DNA of 64,000 nucleotides from the human T2T-CHM13v2.0 reference genome, Homo sapiens (GCF_009914755.1 NC_060930.1), one strand, 5' to 3'. Counted from the stretch's first letter, positions 42,671-56,530 are shown. The notes: generated from the letters alone by a model not told the origin. Made by a program: numbers and translations.

Positions 42671-42900
42671 CCCTTCCCCTTTCCCTTCCCCTTCCCTTCC
42701 CTTCTCTCCCTCCCTCCTTCCTTCCTTCCCTGCGTCCGTCCTTCCTTCCTTCCTTCCCTCCTTCCTTCCTTCCCACCTTCCTTTTTTCCCTCCCTCCCTC
42801 CCTCTTTCTTTCCTTCCTTCCTTCCCTCCCCCCTCCTTCTTTCCTTCCTTCCCTCCTTCTCTCCTTCCTTCCTTTTTTCCTTCCTTCCTTCCTTCTTTCT
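42671..42900. repeat. Polypyrimidine (CCTT/CCCT/CCCTT)n tract
   Basis: About 230 bp of almost pure C/T; GGAA-rich on the minus strand. Confidence 0.95.
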
Positions 42901-43219
42901 GAGTTTTAAAATGAACTCTAACATGCAGGCATTAGTAAAAATATATCACATTAAAGATGCTATGGCAACACTTTTAACAATGCCAGTTTCTCTATTCCAA
43001 CTGTCATAGTCATAACAAGGCCTTCCTAAAAGTTTAGGCTATGCATTTGGGGTAGCTCTGATGAGAATAATTATTTTAATTAAGGAAAATTAACAGCATG
43101 TTTTTGTCTAACTTCTAATTTGTACAAATGATTTTAGCACTTAGGAATAGACCTATTCAATATCTTTGGGTGCTCAAGCAGAGGAATGAGTCACATTATT
43201 AATATTTATGGTTATGTTA

Positions 43220-43621
<402 letters not shown>

Positions 43622-44140
43622 CTATCTAGCTCTCTCTCTAGTTATGTTTGAAATTATGATGAATTAATTATATCCCATTTTTTAAGTTGATATTATAATG
43701 TAAGCACTTTGGTTTTAAACATTTTTATAGACATGATGGTTAGAAATTTTTTTATATTTGTAAACTTTAAATAAGAGATACTCCTATTAACCCTCAAAGT
43801 TAATTCCACTAATTCAATATTACAAATAATGCTATGATATTCATACTTTTACATTAACCTTCATTACATTTCTATTTTTTTGTCTTAGGATATATTCTTG
43901 GAAAATTGTTCTTGAAAGGTATGAACAATGTAATATCTTATGATATATTTGTTGAATTGTTCCAGAAATGTTTTATAACAATTTATAATCCTTGTATTAG
44001 CATCTAAGAGTATATTTCCACAAATCCTTAAGCAGTATTAGAAATTTCTTGTTTATGATTAGTATTATTATCCTATCTCAAGATATAGTGACAAATAATC
44101 ATGGGCCTGTATTATCAGAGGTTACCCAGTCTATCCACTG

Positions 44141-44186
44141 TATTCTGATACTTAAAGATACTTTATTCTGATACTTAAAGATACTT
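44141..44186. repeat. Perfect 23-bp tandem duplication
   Basis: tattctgatacttaaagatactt x2. Confidence 0.95.
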
Positions 44187-47087
44187 CATTTTTGTTATAA
44201 CCTAACAGAATTGTAAAACTGTGCCTATGAAACTAAAAGCTGTCATAGTGATGAAGTGACAGTAAACAGAAACCGAAGTTATTCTGCTTGGCAAGTTATT
44301 CAAATTTTATTGAAGAAAGGGTTACTAATTTATTTTCACCTTTAAACCAGATCACAAACTTAGACTGCTAAGGAGATAGCCTAACTAACCTCTGCCCTCC
44401 TTTATGAAAGACGGAACATTGATTGGTTTCTAATTATCCATATTATAGCTTAATATATACCAATTAAGCACTATAATACTGGTTTTGTCAGGCTTCTTCA
44501 ATAAACTTCAGAATCAAATAGAAGCAATGGTACAAAGGTTAACCAGAAATACATTGTTATTCTGGGGTCATTTCTTGCAAGTTCTGGGACTGTCATTTCA
44601 GTGGAATGGTACAAATAATGAACATTTGCCTGCCACAGGCCCTGAACTGCCTTGTGGGGTCCCCAGGTGCCTGCCTTTCTCCCCTCTTCAATTCTCAATA
44701 AGCAAGCAGATTTGAAGTTGTCTGTTGACCAAGAAGGAAAGCTCCACAACAGTTCAAAAGTTTTAGTTGCATCCTACCTGAGGGCATGATTTGTCTTAAG
44801 GAAATTTTCTGCCACAGCATTTGAAAAACCACAAGAAACAAAACCTTTCTCTTGTCAATGAAAACAAAAGTCAGAGTAAATGCTTTTAATGTCTAAAGAA
44901 TTTTTCAGTTGCAATGTTCGAGTCCTTTAGCACATCTCATTGAATACTGTTCTATTCATTCAGATGACCGAATTAGGCAAAGTTATCATCAATTTCAGAT
45001 TATTTTGACTCTTAATCTCATTTTTCTCTGACAGAGTTGCCATCCATCCCTTCTTTCCCCCAGGATCTTTCTTTTCTCTTCAGATCTATGTGTAATGATT
45101 ACTGTCTTGTAGTTTCCTGATGTTCAATCCGATTTGTTTGTCCCTTTCAAATTGTGAGGTACCTCAGCGGGGAAAACCTCACATATGAACTCACTTGAAT
45201 CATACAAAGAGGATAATACAGGCAAGATTCTTCCTCATTGCTGCCTCTTCTCTTCATCATTTGTTTAACATAGAAACTATATTGGTACTATTCCCCTTTT
45301 CTCTTTTCTCCTAAACTCACCTAACCTCTTGTTCTTAGCATTTTTTTCTACCTGCTGATGATGCTTATATAGGCTTCTTTCTGTAAGAATTAAAAGGCTT
45401 TTCCCCTTCTGGGTTAGACTTGGTTATTTTTTTGCCTCTGTATTCTATGTTGCAAATATAATTTAAATTTAAGAGAGTACTTATGTGTGTTGTTCTCATT
45501 TTTGGTGTCATAGTGTTCTTAGTCTTCCATCACACCGTGTATTAAAATGGGGACAACAATGACACTCTTGCATTATTCTTCCTACACAGGTTCTATTTAT
45601 TAATATGTTTCTCTGAGAATATCTACAATTTGTCTCTTCTATCTTATAAGAAAAGTATAATCTTGATCTTTGATCACAAACTCATCTTTCATGGGAGGCC
45701 TACAAAGGCAATCCTCATCATTATGTGGGTGGGAATGCCAGATGACCGTTTAAGAAGGAGAATCATTTTAACTTTCCCTGGCCACCTCCCCTTGGCTCAC
45801 TGTATTCTGCTACCCCTGCACCAACATATATTGTTCTACTCAAAAAATTTTGTGATTAACAACACCTCCTATAAAGTAAATTTCATTACATAGCTATGCT
45901 TAGTGACTACATTATGAATAAAAACATTTTTATTTAACTTACTGCAATTCCTTAATCAAATGAGTAGACTATTTTCAGGTGTTTGACATTTTGTTCTAAC
46001 TGCTTAAGGGGTTTTATAGACTCTTGTTGGCACCACATGGGCAATAAATTTCTCAAGCTGTGGCAGCCAAATTGGTATTCATAATATTTTTCTGTAGGGG
46101 GAGGGGGGAAGGGGGTAGGTTTCTGGTACAGTAGCAGTTTCTATTCTCAGATATTTATCAATCACCCTGCATATGCAAGGATCTATATAGGACACCAGAG
46201 GGATAATAAACTGTACTGAAGACTGTATATATATATACAAACTTACTCAGAAAAAGCCATCAGTTGACAAGATGCATGTAATCTAGAGTCTGTTCACAAA
46301 GGAGAAAGATGTTAATCAAAATCTTAAAACATTAAAACATAAATAGAATTTAGGAATGTGAAATACTATGGAGGGAAATTCAGTTACGCTTTGGTCCTAA
46401 ATTTCAGGTTTTCTGGTGCATAAACAAAAAGTGGGGAGTGTGATCCTTAAAGGTGTGTCTAGGAATCTTCTTAAGTCATAGGAATGTTTGACTATATTGG
46501 AAAATGACATTACAGTCAGTTTATTTGAGTATGTCCACTCTGGATCCTGTAGGACAATTAGCTGCTTGATCATTCTGTGGCTACTCAGATATAGTCATTG
46601 GAGGTAAAAATGTTTTAACATGACTCGATAATTACATTATATAAATTTATTAAAAAACACATAGAAGTCACCAAGACTTATGCTTTAATTTTATCCTTTA
46701 AAGTGACCCAGAGAGGTAAACTTGCTCAAAGTTCTATGTTTAGTAGCAGAATCAGAACTAAAAATTTGCAGATGTTTTTGACTTCCAGATTGAGGAGGAG
46801 GAAGAAACAAAGCACTATTTTTTAGACATGCTGAATTTGATAAGCTTGTGAGATTTCCTAGATGATGTCTAAGAAATACTTTGTTAATTATGTTGGGACT
46901 TTAGGGAAATAGTTCAAAAGATAAGGATTTCAGACCTGTAAGAATATAGGATGATGTGAAGGATGTCCGCTAATGAAACACTTAGGTATCTTAAATCTGA
47001 CTCAAAGGGGGAAATTTCAAAAATATTGTGAGTTATGCCTGGCCATTAATATCACATTATCCTTCTATCCATCCAGCTTCTCCCTAT

Positions 47088-47435
47088 TGCTATGATCTGA
47101 ATGTGTGTACTCTCCCAAAATTCCTATGTTGAAGTGTAATCACCAATGTGATAGTATTAGGAGGTGGAGACTTTGGGAGGGGAGTAGGTCATGAAGGTAG
47201 AGACCTCATGAATGAGATTAGTGCCCTTATAAAAGACACCACAGAAAACTAGTTTGTTCCTTCCACCAGGTGAGGACTCAGCTAGTAGATGCTACGAATC
47301 CTCAACAGACATCGAATTTGCAAGTGCCTTGATCTTAGACTTCCCAGCCTCCAGAACCTCGAGAAATAAATTTCTGTTGTTTGTAAGCCACTGAGTTTAT
47401 GGTAATATATTATAGCATCTTGAACAGATTAAGAT
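47088..47435 (+). mobile_element. MaLR solo LTR (MLT1A-type)
   Basis: 'tgctatgatctgaatgtgtgt...aaaattcctatgttgaa' ... 'ttcccagcctccagaac..gagaaataaatttctgttgtttgtaagcca'. Confidence 0.88.
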
Positions 47436-47489
47436 GCTCATCATCATACTAATACACATTCCACAAAGCTGTTCACACCATTCATGTGT

Positions 47490-48630
47490 CCATTCATTCA
47501 AAAATGTTTATTGCTAGACCCTATTTTAGGTATTAGGGGTAAAATGATTAACAAAGCAGATAAGGTTCCCGTTTTCAGGTAGCTGATACTATAGTGGGGA
47601 AAAGAAATAGTTTCGGAATTTAAAAAAAATGACTAAACAAAGGAAGATCATGGTAAGTACTGTAAAGTAAATAAATACATAAATAAATAAATGGGAGTGA
47701 TGTGATAAAGAGTGCTTGGATTGGGGCCTACTCTCGGTAGTCAAGGAGCGCCTCACTGAAAGGTAACATTGGAGGAGACACCCTAATGACTTGGAAGAAG
47801 CGCATTCCAAACAGAGAAAACAACAAGTCGAAAGTGATCAAATGGGCATGCATATAAAGCATTTAAAGAAAGGAAGAAGGCCAGTGTGGAAGAGCAAAGT
47901 GAACAAGGGGAGAGCAGCATGAGATGAAGTAAGTGGGAGGGACAGGGAGCAGATCTTACAGGGCCCGTCAGGCCATTGTAAGGGACTTGGGTATTATTTC
48001 ATGTGCAATGGAAAACTAGCAGTGGTTAAAGCAAAAGAGTGATATGCTCTGATTTATGTTTAAAAAATATGAGTTAGCTGCTGTGTTGAAAACGGGCTGT
48101 AGAAGGCAGGAGTAGAAGCATAAAGACCAATTAGGAGCTATTGCAGGAGTCCCCATGACAGACTATGATACTTGAACTACAGGTTTCACAGCAGTGGAGA
48201 GGAGGATGGAAACTAGGTATGTTTTAGTAGAAGAACTGAGTTAGCTTCATGACAGATCATATGAGGGTGGGTGGAGAGTCAGGGATGATGAATGAGAAGA
48301 ATTGAGGGTTGTTCCTAGGTCCTGGCTTTAGAAAACTTGTGGATAGTGGTGCCGTTTATGAAGGTGAGAAGGAATTGGCTTTAAGGAAGAAATCAAGGCT
48401 TCTATTTGGGCTACCCTAAGTTTGAGATACCTATTATATATCTATATAGAGATGTGAAGAAGGAAATGCATGAATATATGAGCCTGGAGATGTGTGGAAA
48501 GACTGAGACAGTAGTAGTAGGGCATATGTTACTGAATGAGTGGTCCTAGTGAGACGATGTAGATGCAGGAGAATTGACCAAATTTTCAAGGTTGAAGAGG
48601 AAAAAAAAAAGAAACTGAGAAGACAAAGTC
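47490..48630 (-). mobile_element. L2 LINE 3' region
   Basis: The antisense tail 'cattcattcaaaaatgtttattg', plus 'aggccattgtaagggacttggg', 'gaccaattaggagctattgcag' and 'taagtttgagatacctatta'. Confidence 0.8.
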
Positions 48631-48801
48631 ATGTCAGAGAAAACACAAATTATTAATAGGGAGACACAGGCACAGAGCTTTTGATATTTTTTTTTAATGG
48701 TTACTTACCCAATATATTTGTCTTTTGGTTTGTGCTACTGGCATCTCAGTCTGAACTATCTGCTATATAGCATTTTTAAGTTAAACAAGTAACATTTTCA
48801 C

Positions 48802-49165
48802 TGTTCTGCGCTGAATTGTGTCCCAGCAAAATGCATGTTGAAGTCCTAACCCTCAAAACTACAGAGTGTGAATGTATTTGGAGATAATGTCTTTAAAGAG
48901 GTGATAAATAAAATGAGCTTATTCAGTTGGGCCCTAATCCAATCTGACTGGGATCTTTATAGGAAGAGGAGGTTAGAACACATACATGTGTGCACACAGA
49001 GGAAAGACCAGTGAGAAGGTGGCCAAGAACAAAACAAGAAGAGATGACTCAGAAGAAACAAGCCAGCTGATACAGTTTTGGCTTCCATCCTCCAAAACTG
49101 ACAGAACACATTTCTGTTGTTTAAGCTACACTGTTAGCAGTATTTGTTATGGCAGCATTAGCACC
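48802..49165 (+). mobile_element. MaLR solo LTR (MLT1B-type)
   Basis: 'gaattgtgtccc...gttgaagtcctaaccc...tatttggagata...gggccctaatccaatctgactgg...tttgttatggcagc'. Confidence 0.88.
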
Positions 49166-50060
49166 ATTGAAAAATTGTTGCATTTTATTAGTTCTGATAG
49201 AAACTTTGCTAGAGTAAAAGAGTCTCAAAATAACAGACTCATACTTAAGAATCAGAGTGTAAGTCCAGGGCTAGTGTGGTCACTCTGTGGTGTCAGGGAC
49301 CCAAGTTCATTCTAAGAATTTGCTTTGAAATGCTTGGGGATTGTTTTCCTTCATGTGACCCCAAATAGATTACCTCCATGTCTACATTTCAGGAGGGAGA
49401 AAGAGCACAATCAGCCCTTTAAGGAATGACCTGAAAACTGTGCACATCTCTTGTCCTTACAAACCATAGGTCAGGAATTAGTCACATAGGCATGCCAGCT
49501 GAGACCAACTAAAAGGTGGGGATTCTAAAACCAGAGAGGAAGGAAAAATTGATTTCCAAAACAGTTTTATATATACTAGGCACTAAAAAATGAATTTAAT
49601 CTATCAGTTTGATTTTATTTTATCACCAAAATCATTTCTAATTATTCTTATAAAACTTTAGAAAGTTTATATGTCCTAAAATTATTCATCCTATATAGTT
49701 TAAAGAATTGTATTCTACGTTTTTATTTCTCTATTTAACCAGTTATGATATAGTGGAAAGCAAAATAAGACTATACCACTATTTCCTAATTTTCTCACTT
49801 GTAAAATTAAAAGATTTAGTTAGATAACTAAAGATATTCCCTCAAGATAAAATTTCTATGAAGGTATATCATATAACACATATATTCCATATTTTTAAAA
49901 AATAATTTAAAAATAAAATATGTGAATGTAATTGTCATGTATAATAAATGTTATGGTAATTATTTATTTATAAATAAATATTCACCCAGTTCTTAAACAG
50001 CTCTTTACTATTAAACAAAACAAAACAAAAAAAAACTTTTCCGGTCTGTTTATACATATT

Positions 50061-50079
50061 TAGCCACAAGGTGGCAACA
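50061..50079 (+). promoter_or_regulatory. Candidate CTCF binding site
   Basis: tagccacaaggtggcaaca closely matches the CTCF core (tggCCAc[c/a]AG[g/a]tGGCa) and is a GC patch within very AT-rich flanks. Confidence 0.45.
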
Positions 50080-50234
50080 GTAGAGACATTTCCCTTTTAT
50101 TTCTCTTATGCTAAAAAAACACCATGTTTAGAGTAATGTCACCAGGTAGGTACTGTTTCTTCCTCCCTCAGTTTCACATGTGCATACTCACCCTGATAAA
50201 GCAAGAGGGGCAGGAGTTTTGCTTTGTGTGCATC

Positions 50235-50426
50235 TAATTTTAGTAGGAAAAGGAAATACAACCTATTAAGTTTTGGTAATTGAGTACAAAAATTAAAATA
50301 TCTAAAAACTGCAAATACCTGCAAAATTTATAATTTTAGTATAAAAAGGAAATAAAACCTACTAAATTTTGATAATTGAGTGCAAAAATTAGAATATCTC
50401 AAAACTGGAAATATCTGCAAAATATA
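50235..50426. repeat. 96-bp tandem duplication (12 mismatches)
   Basis: Units start at 50235 and 50331 and align without gaps. Confidence 0.92.
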
Positions 50427-51969
50427 TAAGAGGATGTTCATGCAGTCATAGAAAACCCAAAAGCAAAAATTTCAAATTCCCCATATATACCATACTTACG
50501 CTTAACCTATAGTAGCTTAGCAGCCTGAAAAAGCTTCTCTACTCCTTCCAAGTATAGTAATTTTCTAATCAGCAATACATTCAATTACTACCTAGTCTGT
50601 ATTGGAATAGTAATTTTTATAATGTAGACACAGCATTTATTACTTATCATAATGTATATTTCATAGAATAAAGTAGCAAAATATCTACTCTTTTCCAAAA
50701 TTTAAAACTGTATTCTAATTAAATCTAAGGTGCAAATAAACAAACAAATATTATTTTCTATAATCAAAGACAACTTAGTCATTTGAGAATGTGAAGATAT
50801 ATAAATCAACTGTAGAATTTTATCTTAAAGTTTACACTATAAAGACATACAATGATATCTGTCAATTGAAAAAGAAAAAGTTTGCATGCTGTAAATGCAG
50901 ATAAAAATCAAAGCACACTGACATAATTAGGAATCACATGTAATCTAAGTTTGGGGAAGCTGGTTTTTCTGTTATTGGAATTGCTCTTCATTGAGAATGA
51001 CCAAAAATGTAGTCACCGAAACTGCTTCCTTCCCCTCCCAGAGGCATGCACCCTGCCCATAGTCAGAGGCCCTTCTCTCAGCTTCCTATTTCCCCAGATG
51101 GCCAATGTGGTCCTGGGCTTGTGATTACTCAGTAAATCTTAATGTGGGCAAATATGCTCTCTTTCTGTGGTGCTCCGCTCTGGCCTGGGATTGTTGGGCT
51201 CTGGGCTGCAGCTGCTACCCTGCTGTGTCTGGTAAACGTGGTCACCTGGGAACTGTGCTACCTGCCAGGCAGCTTGGTGCATCCTGCAGATGCCTCAGGT
51301 TTGCTCTGCCATTGGTATTACAGACAAGAACATCCACATTCCTACTTCCCCACCTTGGCTGATACAGGACTTTTCTTCCTCCATCTCCCTTCCATGTGCT
51401 TTTTCTCACTTCTTATTTAAGGAGCTGCCAAAATCCTTGAGAAAGTATCTTGTCTTTCTCTACCTCAGATTCTGAAAGTCAAATGTTCATCTTGTGGTCG
51501 TGGTGTTCAGTACGAGAGTGAATAGTCATAAGTTAATTCCCTTTGACACACTTGAAGAAAGCATTTGTTTTAGCAGGCTTAGGCCACACTTATTTCTCTG
51601 ATTTCACCTCCCTAATTCATCGTATTTTGGGGTGAAAATATAGTACCTGACCAGGCTCAGGATGCTTCTCCTTAGAAACTTGTATACAAATCCAAAATAC
51701 CCAATTCTCCCCTTTTTTTGAGACCTTATTCTTTAGTTCCCTAATGACTATCATTTGCCTAATCCAAATACAACTGCTTCCCATTTCCGCTGTCCCATTC
51801 CATCCACCAAGGACTCCCTATTTCCGCTCCACCCCAACTTTAATGCAAAACTTAGCTCTCACTCTCCTTCACAAGAAATCCAAGCACACTAGATATATTG
51901 CATTAGTTATCTGTTTTTATATTAAAGACACACACACACACACACCCACACACGTACACGTACTGGCTT

Positions 51970-52572
51970 TGTCCTGTATCGACTATTCGAAGCTGAAACT
52001 CTCTTCCCCATTTGTTACTGAGCTAGTCTTAGTCACAAGAGGCATTTACATGAGACTGGGAAGGGGATGTGAAGCAGCAGCTATGATTGTGCTTGGGAGG
52101 TCAATGTACGGTTACATGCTGCTGCAGCTCCTCTGTTGTTGTGGATCCACCAGCTCTTCCTGCAACTTCCTCCAGATGTCCTCATTTTGTTCCATTACAA
52201 AAGGCATCAGGTTCCCTTGCATGTTACCCACATATAGGAAGCATAGAAAAGATGAGAGACCAAGGCAACTTCCAGGTTGTCCTTGAGGTTCCCATCTTAT
52301 TCTCACAGATTGCTATTTTTTCTTGCTCCACCCTCCCTTTATCCACCTTCCCCTACCACACACCTTACATAAGTCTGTCCTTACACTCATATGTCCTTTT
52401 CAACTGCTTGCCTTACCAGCTCCAGGCTGTAGCTCAGGTGCAAAAACAATAGGCATATATGAAAACTTTAGTAGGTTCTCACAATACAGTAAAGCCAATT
52501 TCTATGATAGATCCATTGTTTTGTGTATCACTTCTTGTAGTTCTTTTTCTGAAACCAAGCCCTGACCAATAA
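51970..52572 (+). mobile_element. Probable old ERV-L-class LTR (family undetermined)
   Basis: Ends with an LTR-like 3' terminus 'gtagttctttttctgaaaccaagccctgaccaata' and lies just upstream of ERV-L internal sequence. Confidence 0.4.
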
Positions 52573-53755
52573 ATAAGTCTGAGAGGCAGTTCCTGGAGAA
52601 TCTAACCCTAAGTATGAATTATCTGAATTTGGTTAAGGGATATTTGGAATATGTTCTCTAATTTGGTTACACTTAAATTCATTAATAACCCTTTTTTTGT
52701 GTGTGAAAGGTAGCACTGGTGTTCCATGACACACAATGGAAAATATTTATTTAAATTATCATATTATGCACTTGTAATCAAGAACATATAGTGTCTAATC
52801 AATAGTGTATGTTAAAGTTAGGGCATTAATTGAGAAAGAGGGGGACCTCGTTAATTGGAAAGGAGTTATATGATCATATTTTGATGAAGCAGAGACCTTG
52901 AATGCACACATTTTTTGTCTGCTTTGACAGTACAAACAACCTCTTTTCCCCTGTGTGAGAAGTTGGTCTCCCTTTGCCCAAAGACACTTTAATAGCCTTT
53001 CCTGAGGTAGTTGCCTTGCAATAAGCTGATGATCCTCCTCCTGACCTACCTTCATTCCTTCTCATTATCTCTAAATCTATAACCAGACTAAAATCCCAAC
53101 AAGATTCAGAGTGTGAGGCACAAGGTGCAACCAGTGAGGAGGTATGATATACATTTTAAAAATTGCAAGCTCTTTGCCAATTTAGTTCCATAGAGGTCTG
53201 GAGAACAAATGTGGGAATGGACCCTGGGGTGTGGGATGAGGTCTGAAGGAATATAAAATTGGATACAACCAAATTCATTGAAACTGGACACTAAGCAGAA
53301 TTTGTAGATTCCCTGTATTCACTTGAGGAGCTGAGAATGGCTCTAACAGCTTATGTGGTTGCTTGTTTAAAACCTGGATGTGTTTGTGGCCTGTACTGAA
53401 ATAGATCAAAATACCCGACTTCCTTGTTATACTAAATAGAAAAATAGAGACATTGTGATGCCAGAGTGGATCTATATAGCAAGATCTATATGTCCTTTCC
53501 CTAAATAGATCCTCCAGAAAGAGTACATTTCTTTCTCTAAGTCTCTCAGAAATACATTTAAGAGGGAATCGTTAACATTATTGAAGAGCTCTGTGATAGA
53601 TATTTTCTGTAGGCCAGAAATGATTAATGGGCTGGATTCCTTGGATTCAGTGGAAGGGATGGCATTCCTGGGTGGCAGGAACCAAGTGGCCAAATGTGAA
53701 AGACAGTGTAGGCCTGGTAGCGGGAATGGGTGGTAGACATAAAGCAGTGATCAGA

Positions 53756-54075
<320 letters not shown>

Positions 54076-54913
54076 AAAACAGTGATCAGAATGGTCTGAA
54101 CAGCACAGGTATTTGTCTTTAGTTTAGTTATGATCCTATGATCCTCTTCCTCTCCCTCCTCTCCCAGCCTACTAAAATCTTAAATGATTTGTGTAAAGCA
54201 AAAAGGTTTTAGATCTGGTGAACAGAAATTGTGACCCCTGAATGAATTTCTAACAATAAGCCAATTGACAGACCCAGAGACCCCCAAATGAAGGAGAGGC
54301 CAGATCTTCTTAAACAAGGACGTGCTACCAGACCAAAATTTCTAATGTAAATATTCCGTCTAACCCTAATTTTCCCCCAAGGAGATGTGAATCCATTTCC
54401 TGGACTGACCATTTATAGCAGAAAGGAAATAATGAGATATTTAAGAAACTATTAGACACTGGTTCAGAGCTGACACTAATCCTTAGGCACCTAAAATGTT
54501 ACTGTAGTCCATCAGTCAGAATAGGGACTTACGGAAGTCAGATGATCAGGGGAGTTTTGGCTTGGGTCCATCTTACTGTGGGCCCAATGGGTCCCTGAAC
54601 TAACCTTGTGGTTATTTTCTCGATTTGGAATTCATATTTGGAGTAGACATGCTATTAGTGTCTGAAGCCTCACATTGTTCCTCTGACCTGTGGAATTAGA
54701 GGTATTACGGACAAGGAAGGGTAAATAGAAACCATTATAATTGTCTAGACCAGAGGTCAGCAAACTTTTTCTGTAAGGGGCCTGTAAATTAATAAATATT
54801 TTAGGCTTTGTGGGACACATATAGCCTCTGTTTCTTCACCTCTTCCTCCTTCTCTTTCTATTTTCTTCCTTCTTCACTTCCTCCTCCTCCTCCTTTTCTT
54901 CTCCTTAACATTC

Positions 54914-55350
54914 TTTATTATTATTAATAAAGTTAATAATAAGTTTAAGTTCTAGGGTACATATGCACAATGTGCAGGTTTGATACATAAGTATACATGT
55001 GCCATGTTGGTTTGCTGCACCCATCAACTCATCATTTACATTAGGTATTTCTCCTAATGCTATCCCTCTCCCAGTCCCCCATGCCCCGACAGGCCCCAGT
55101 GTGTGATGTTCCCCTCCCTATGTCCATGTGTTCTCATTGTTCAACTCCCACTTATGAGTGAGAACATGCGGTGTTTAGTTGTCTTTTCTTGTAATAGTTT
55201 GATGAGAATGATGGTTTCCAGCTTCATCCATGTCCCCACAAAGGACATGAACTCATCCTTTTTTATGGCTGCATAGTATTCCATGGTGTATATGTGCCAC
55301 ATTTTCTTAATCCAGTCTATCACTGATGGACATTTGGATTGGGTCCAAGT
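54914..55350 (-). mobile_element. L1PA 3' end (5'-truncated)
   Basis: ORF 55141-55323 is the ORF2p C-terminus (MIDWIKKMWHIYTMEYYAAIK), followed by the L1PA 3'UTR. Confidence 0.95.
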
Positions 55351-55500
55351 CTTCTCCTTTTCCTTTTTCTTCTGCTTCCTGTTCCTCCACCTCTTCTTCT
55401 TCTAGTCATTCTTCTTCTATCTCTACTTTCATCTCCTCTTTTCCTCCTCATTCTCTTCTTCCTCCGTTTCCTTCTCCTCCTCCTCCATCCTATTTTGCTT
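55351..55500. repeat. CT-rich low-complexity tract (a matching tract lies at 54830-54906)
   Basis: Degenerate (TCC/TCT)n repeats on both sides of the L1 insert. Confidence 0.85.
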
Positions 55501-56530
55501 CTCAACCCTTTAAAAATGTAAAAACAATATCCTTAGCTTATGAACTGTATAAAAAGGAGGCAGATGGCAATATTTAGCCTATGGGCCATGGTTTGCCAAC
55601 TCTTGCTCCTGTGAACTGAGCCATGTTAAGTTATCTTGCCAAGAGAAAGGACAGGTCGCTGCATCTGGTCCCTCCTACCACCAAGAAAGAGGCCCAGCAC
55701 TTTGTGTTCTTCCTGAAGAAAACAGATCTCATTTGGTTATACTACTCTGACTAGGTAACAAATAAACCAAAAAGCTGCCATTTTTTTACTGGATCCTGGA
55801 AAAAGAGCAGGTGATGAAAGAGGTCCAGGCTGCCATGCAAGCTGCTCTGCCATATATGTCATATGAACCAACAGATCCAATGGTGCCAAAATTATTTGTA
55901 GGGGATAAGCATGGGCTCATGGCCCAACCTCCGCCACTCCTCCCTCTCACCTTGCACCTAAGGCTTCATGGGGGGTGGCCTTTGACTATTTGACTGAGGA
56001 AGCAAATGATTCTGCACAATATACTGGCACTACCAGAAACCAGGCAGTGGCAGCACTACAGCCCTACCCAGAAGTGGCTGTGAAATGCTGTGGTGAAGGA
56101 AAGTCCTCTCGGTGGGCAGAACTTTGAGCAGTGCCCCTGGTTCTTCATCTTGCCTTGAAAAAAACGTAGAGATATACATATATTATAACTTATGATCAGT
56201 GGTTAATTTGGTTCTCAGTTACCTGGCCTCTCTTTCCTGCTATGCTCTTTCATCCCTATTCTTTTCAACTGCTTTTCTCTACCTCATTCTTCCTTCTCCC
56301 TGTACCCTACCTCTTGTCTTTCTGATGAAACCTCTTTATCATCTGACTCCTGGGCCCTAAAGTCTTTCTCTATCATTAAAAAATATACTCTCAACAGAGT
56401 CTATCTCTATTATGTTGAGTCTATCTCTCAACATAACAATAACATCTGCTAAGAAAATACAAATTTATCCAGTTTAGATGCATATGCAAGTGGCAGGAAA
56501 ACAATGTTTTTGTTACTTTACTCATGCCTT

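Larger units (their letters stand above)
54751..55605 (+). mobile_element. MER58 (hAT-Charlie; MER58C-like), split by L1PA and low-complexity expansions
   Basis: Left end cagaggtcagcaaactttttctgtaaggg follows the target gtctagac. Right part 'aaccctttaaaaatgtaaaaac...gtttgccaactcttg'. Confidence 0.82.

Noticed and set aside
42547-42924. Lys/Glu/Gly/Arg-rich and Pro/Ser/Phe-rich ORFs (also 55320-55577)
   Set aside because: These are translations of simple repeats.
46097-46119. G-run cluster (G5, G6, G5, G2) as a G-quadruplex
   Set aside because: Only three separate runs of three or more G, and no promoter context.
51744-52286. Longest ORF in the window (180 aa)
   Set aside because: It crosses a (CA)n tract and a probable old LTR, has no domain signature, and is plausible as a chance ORF.
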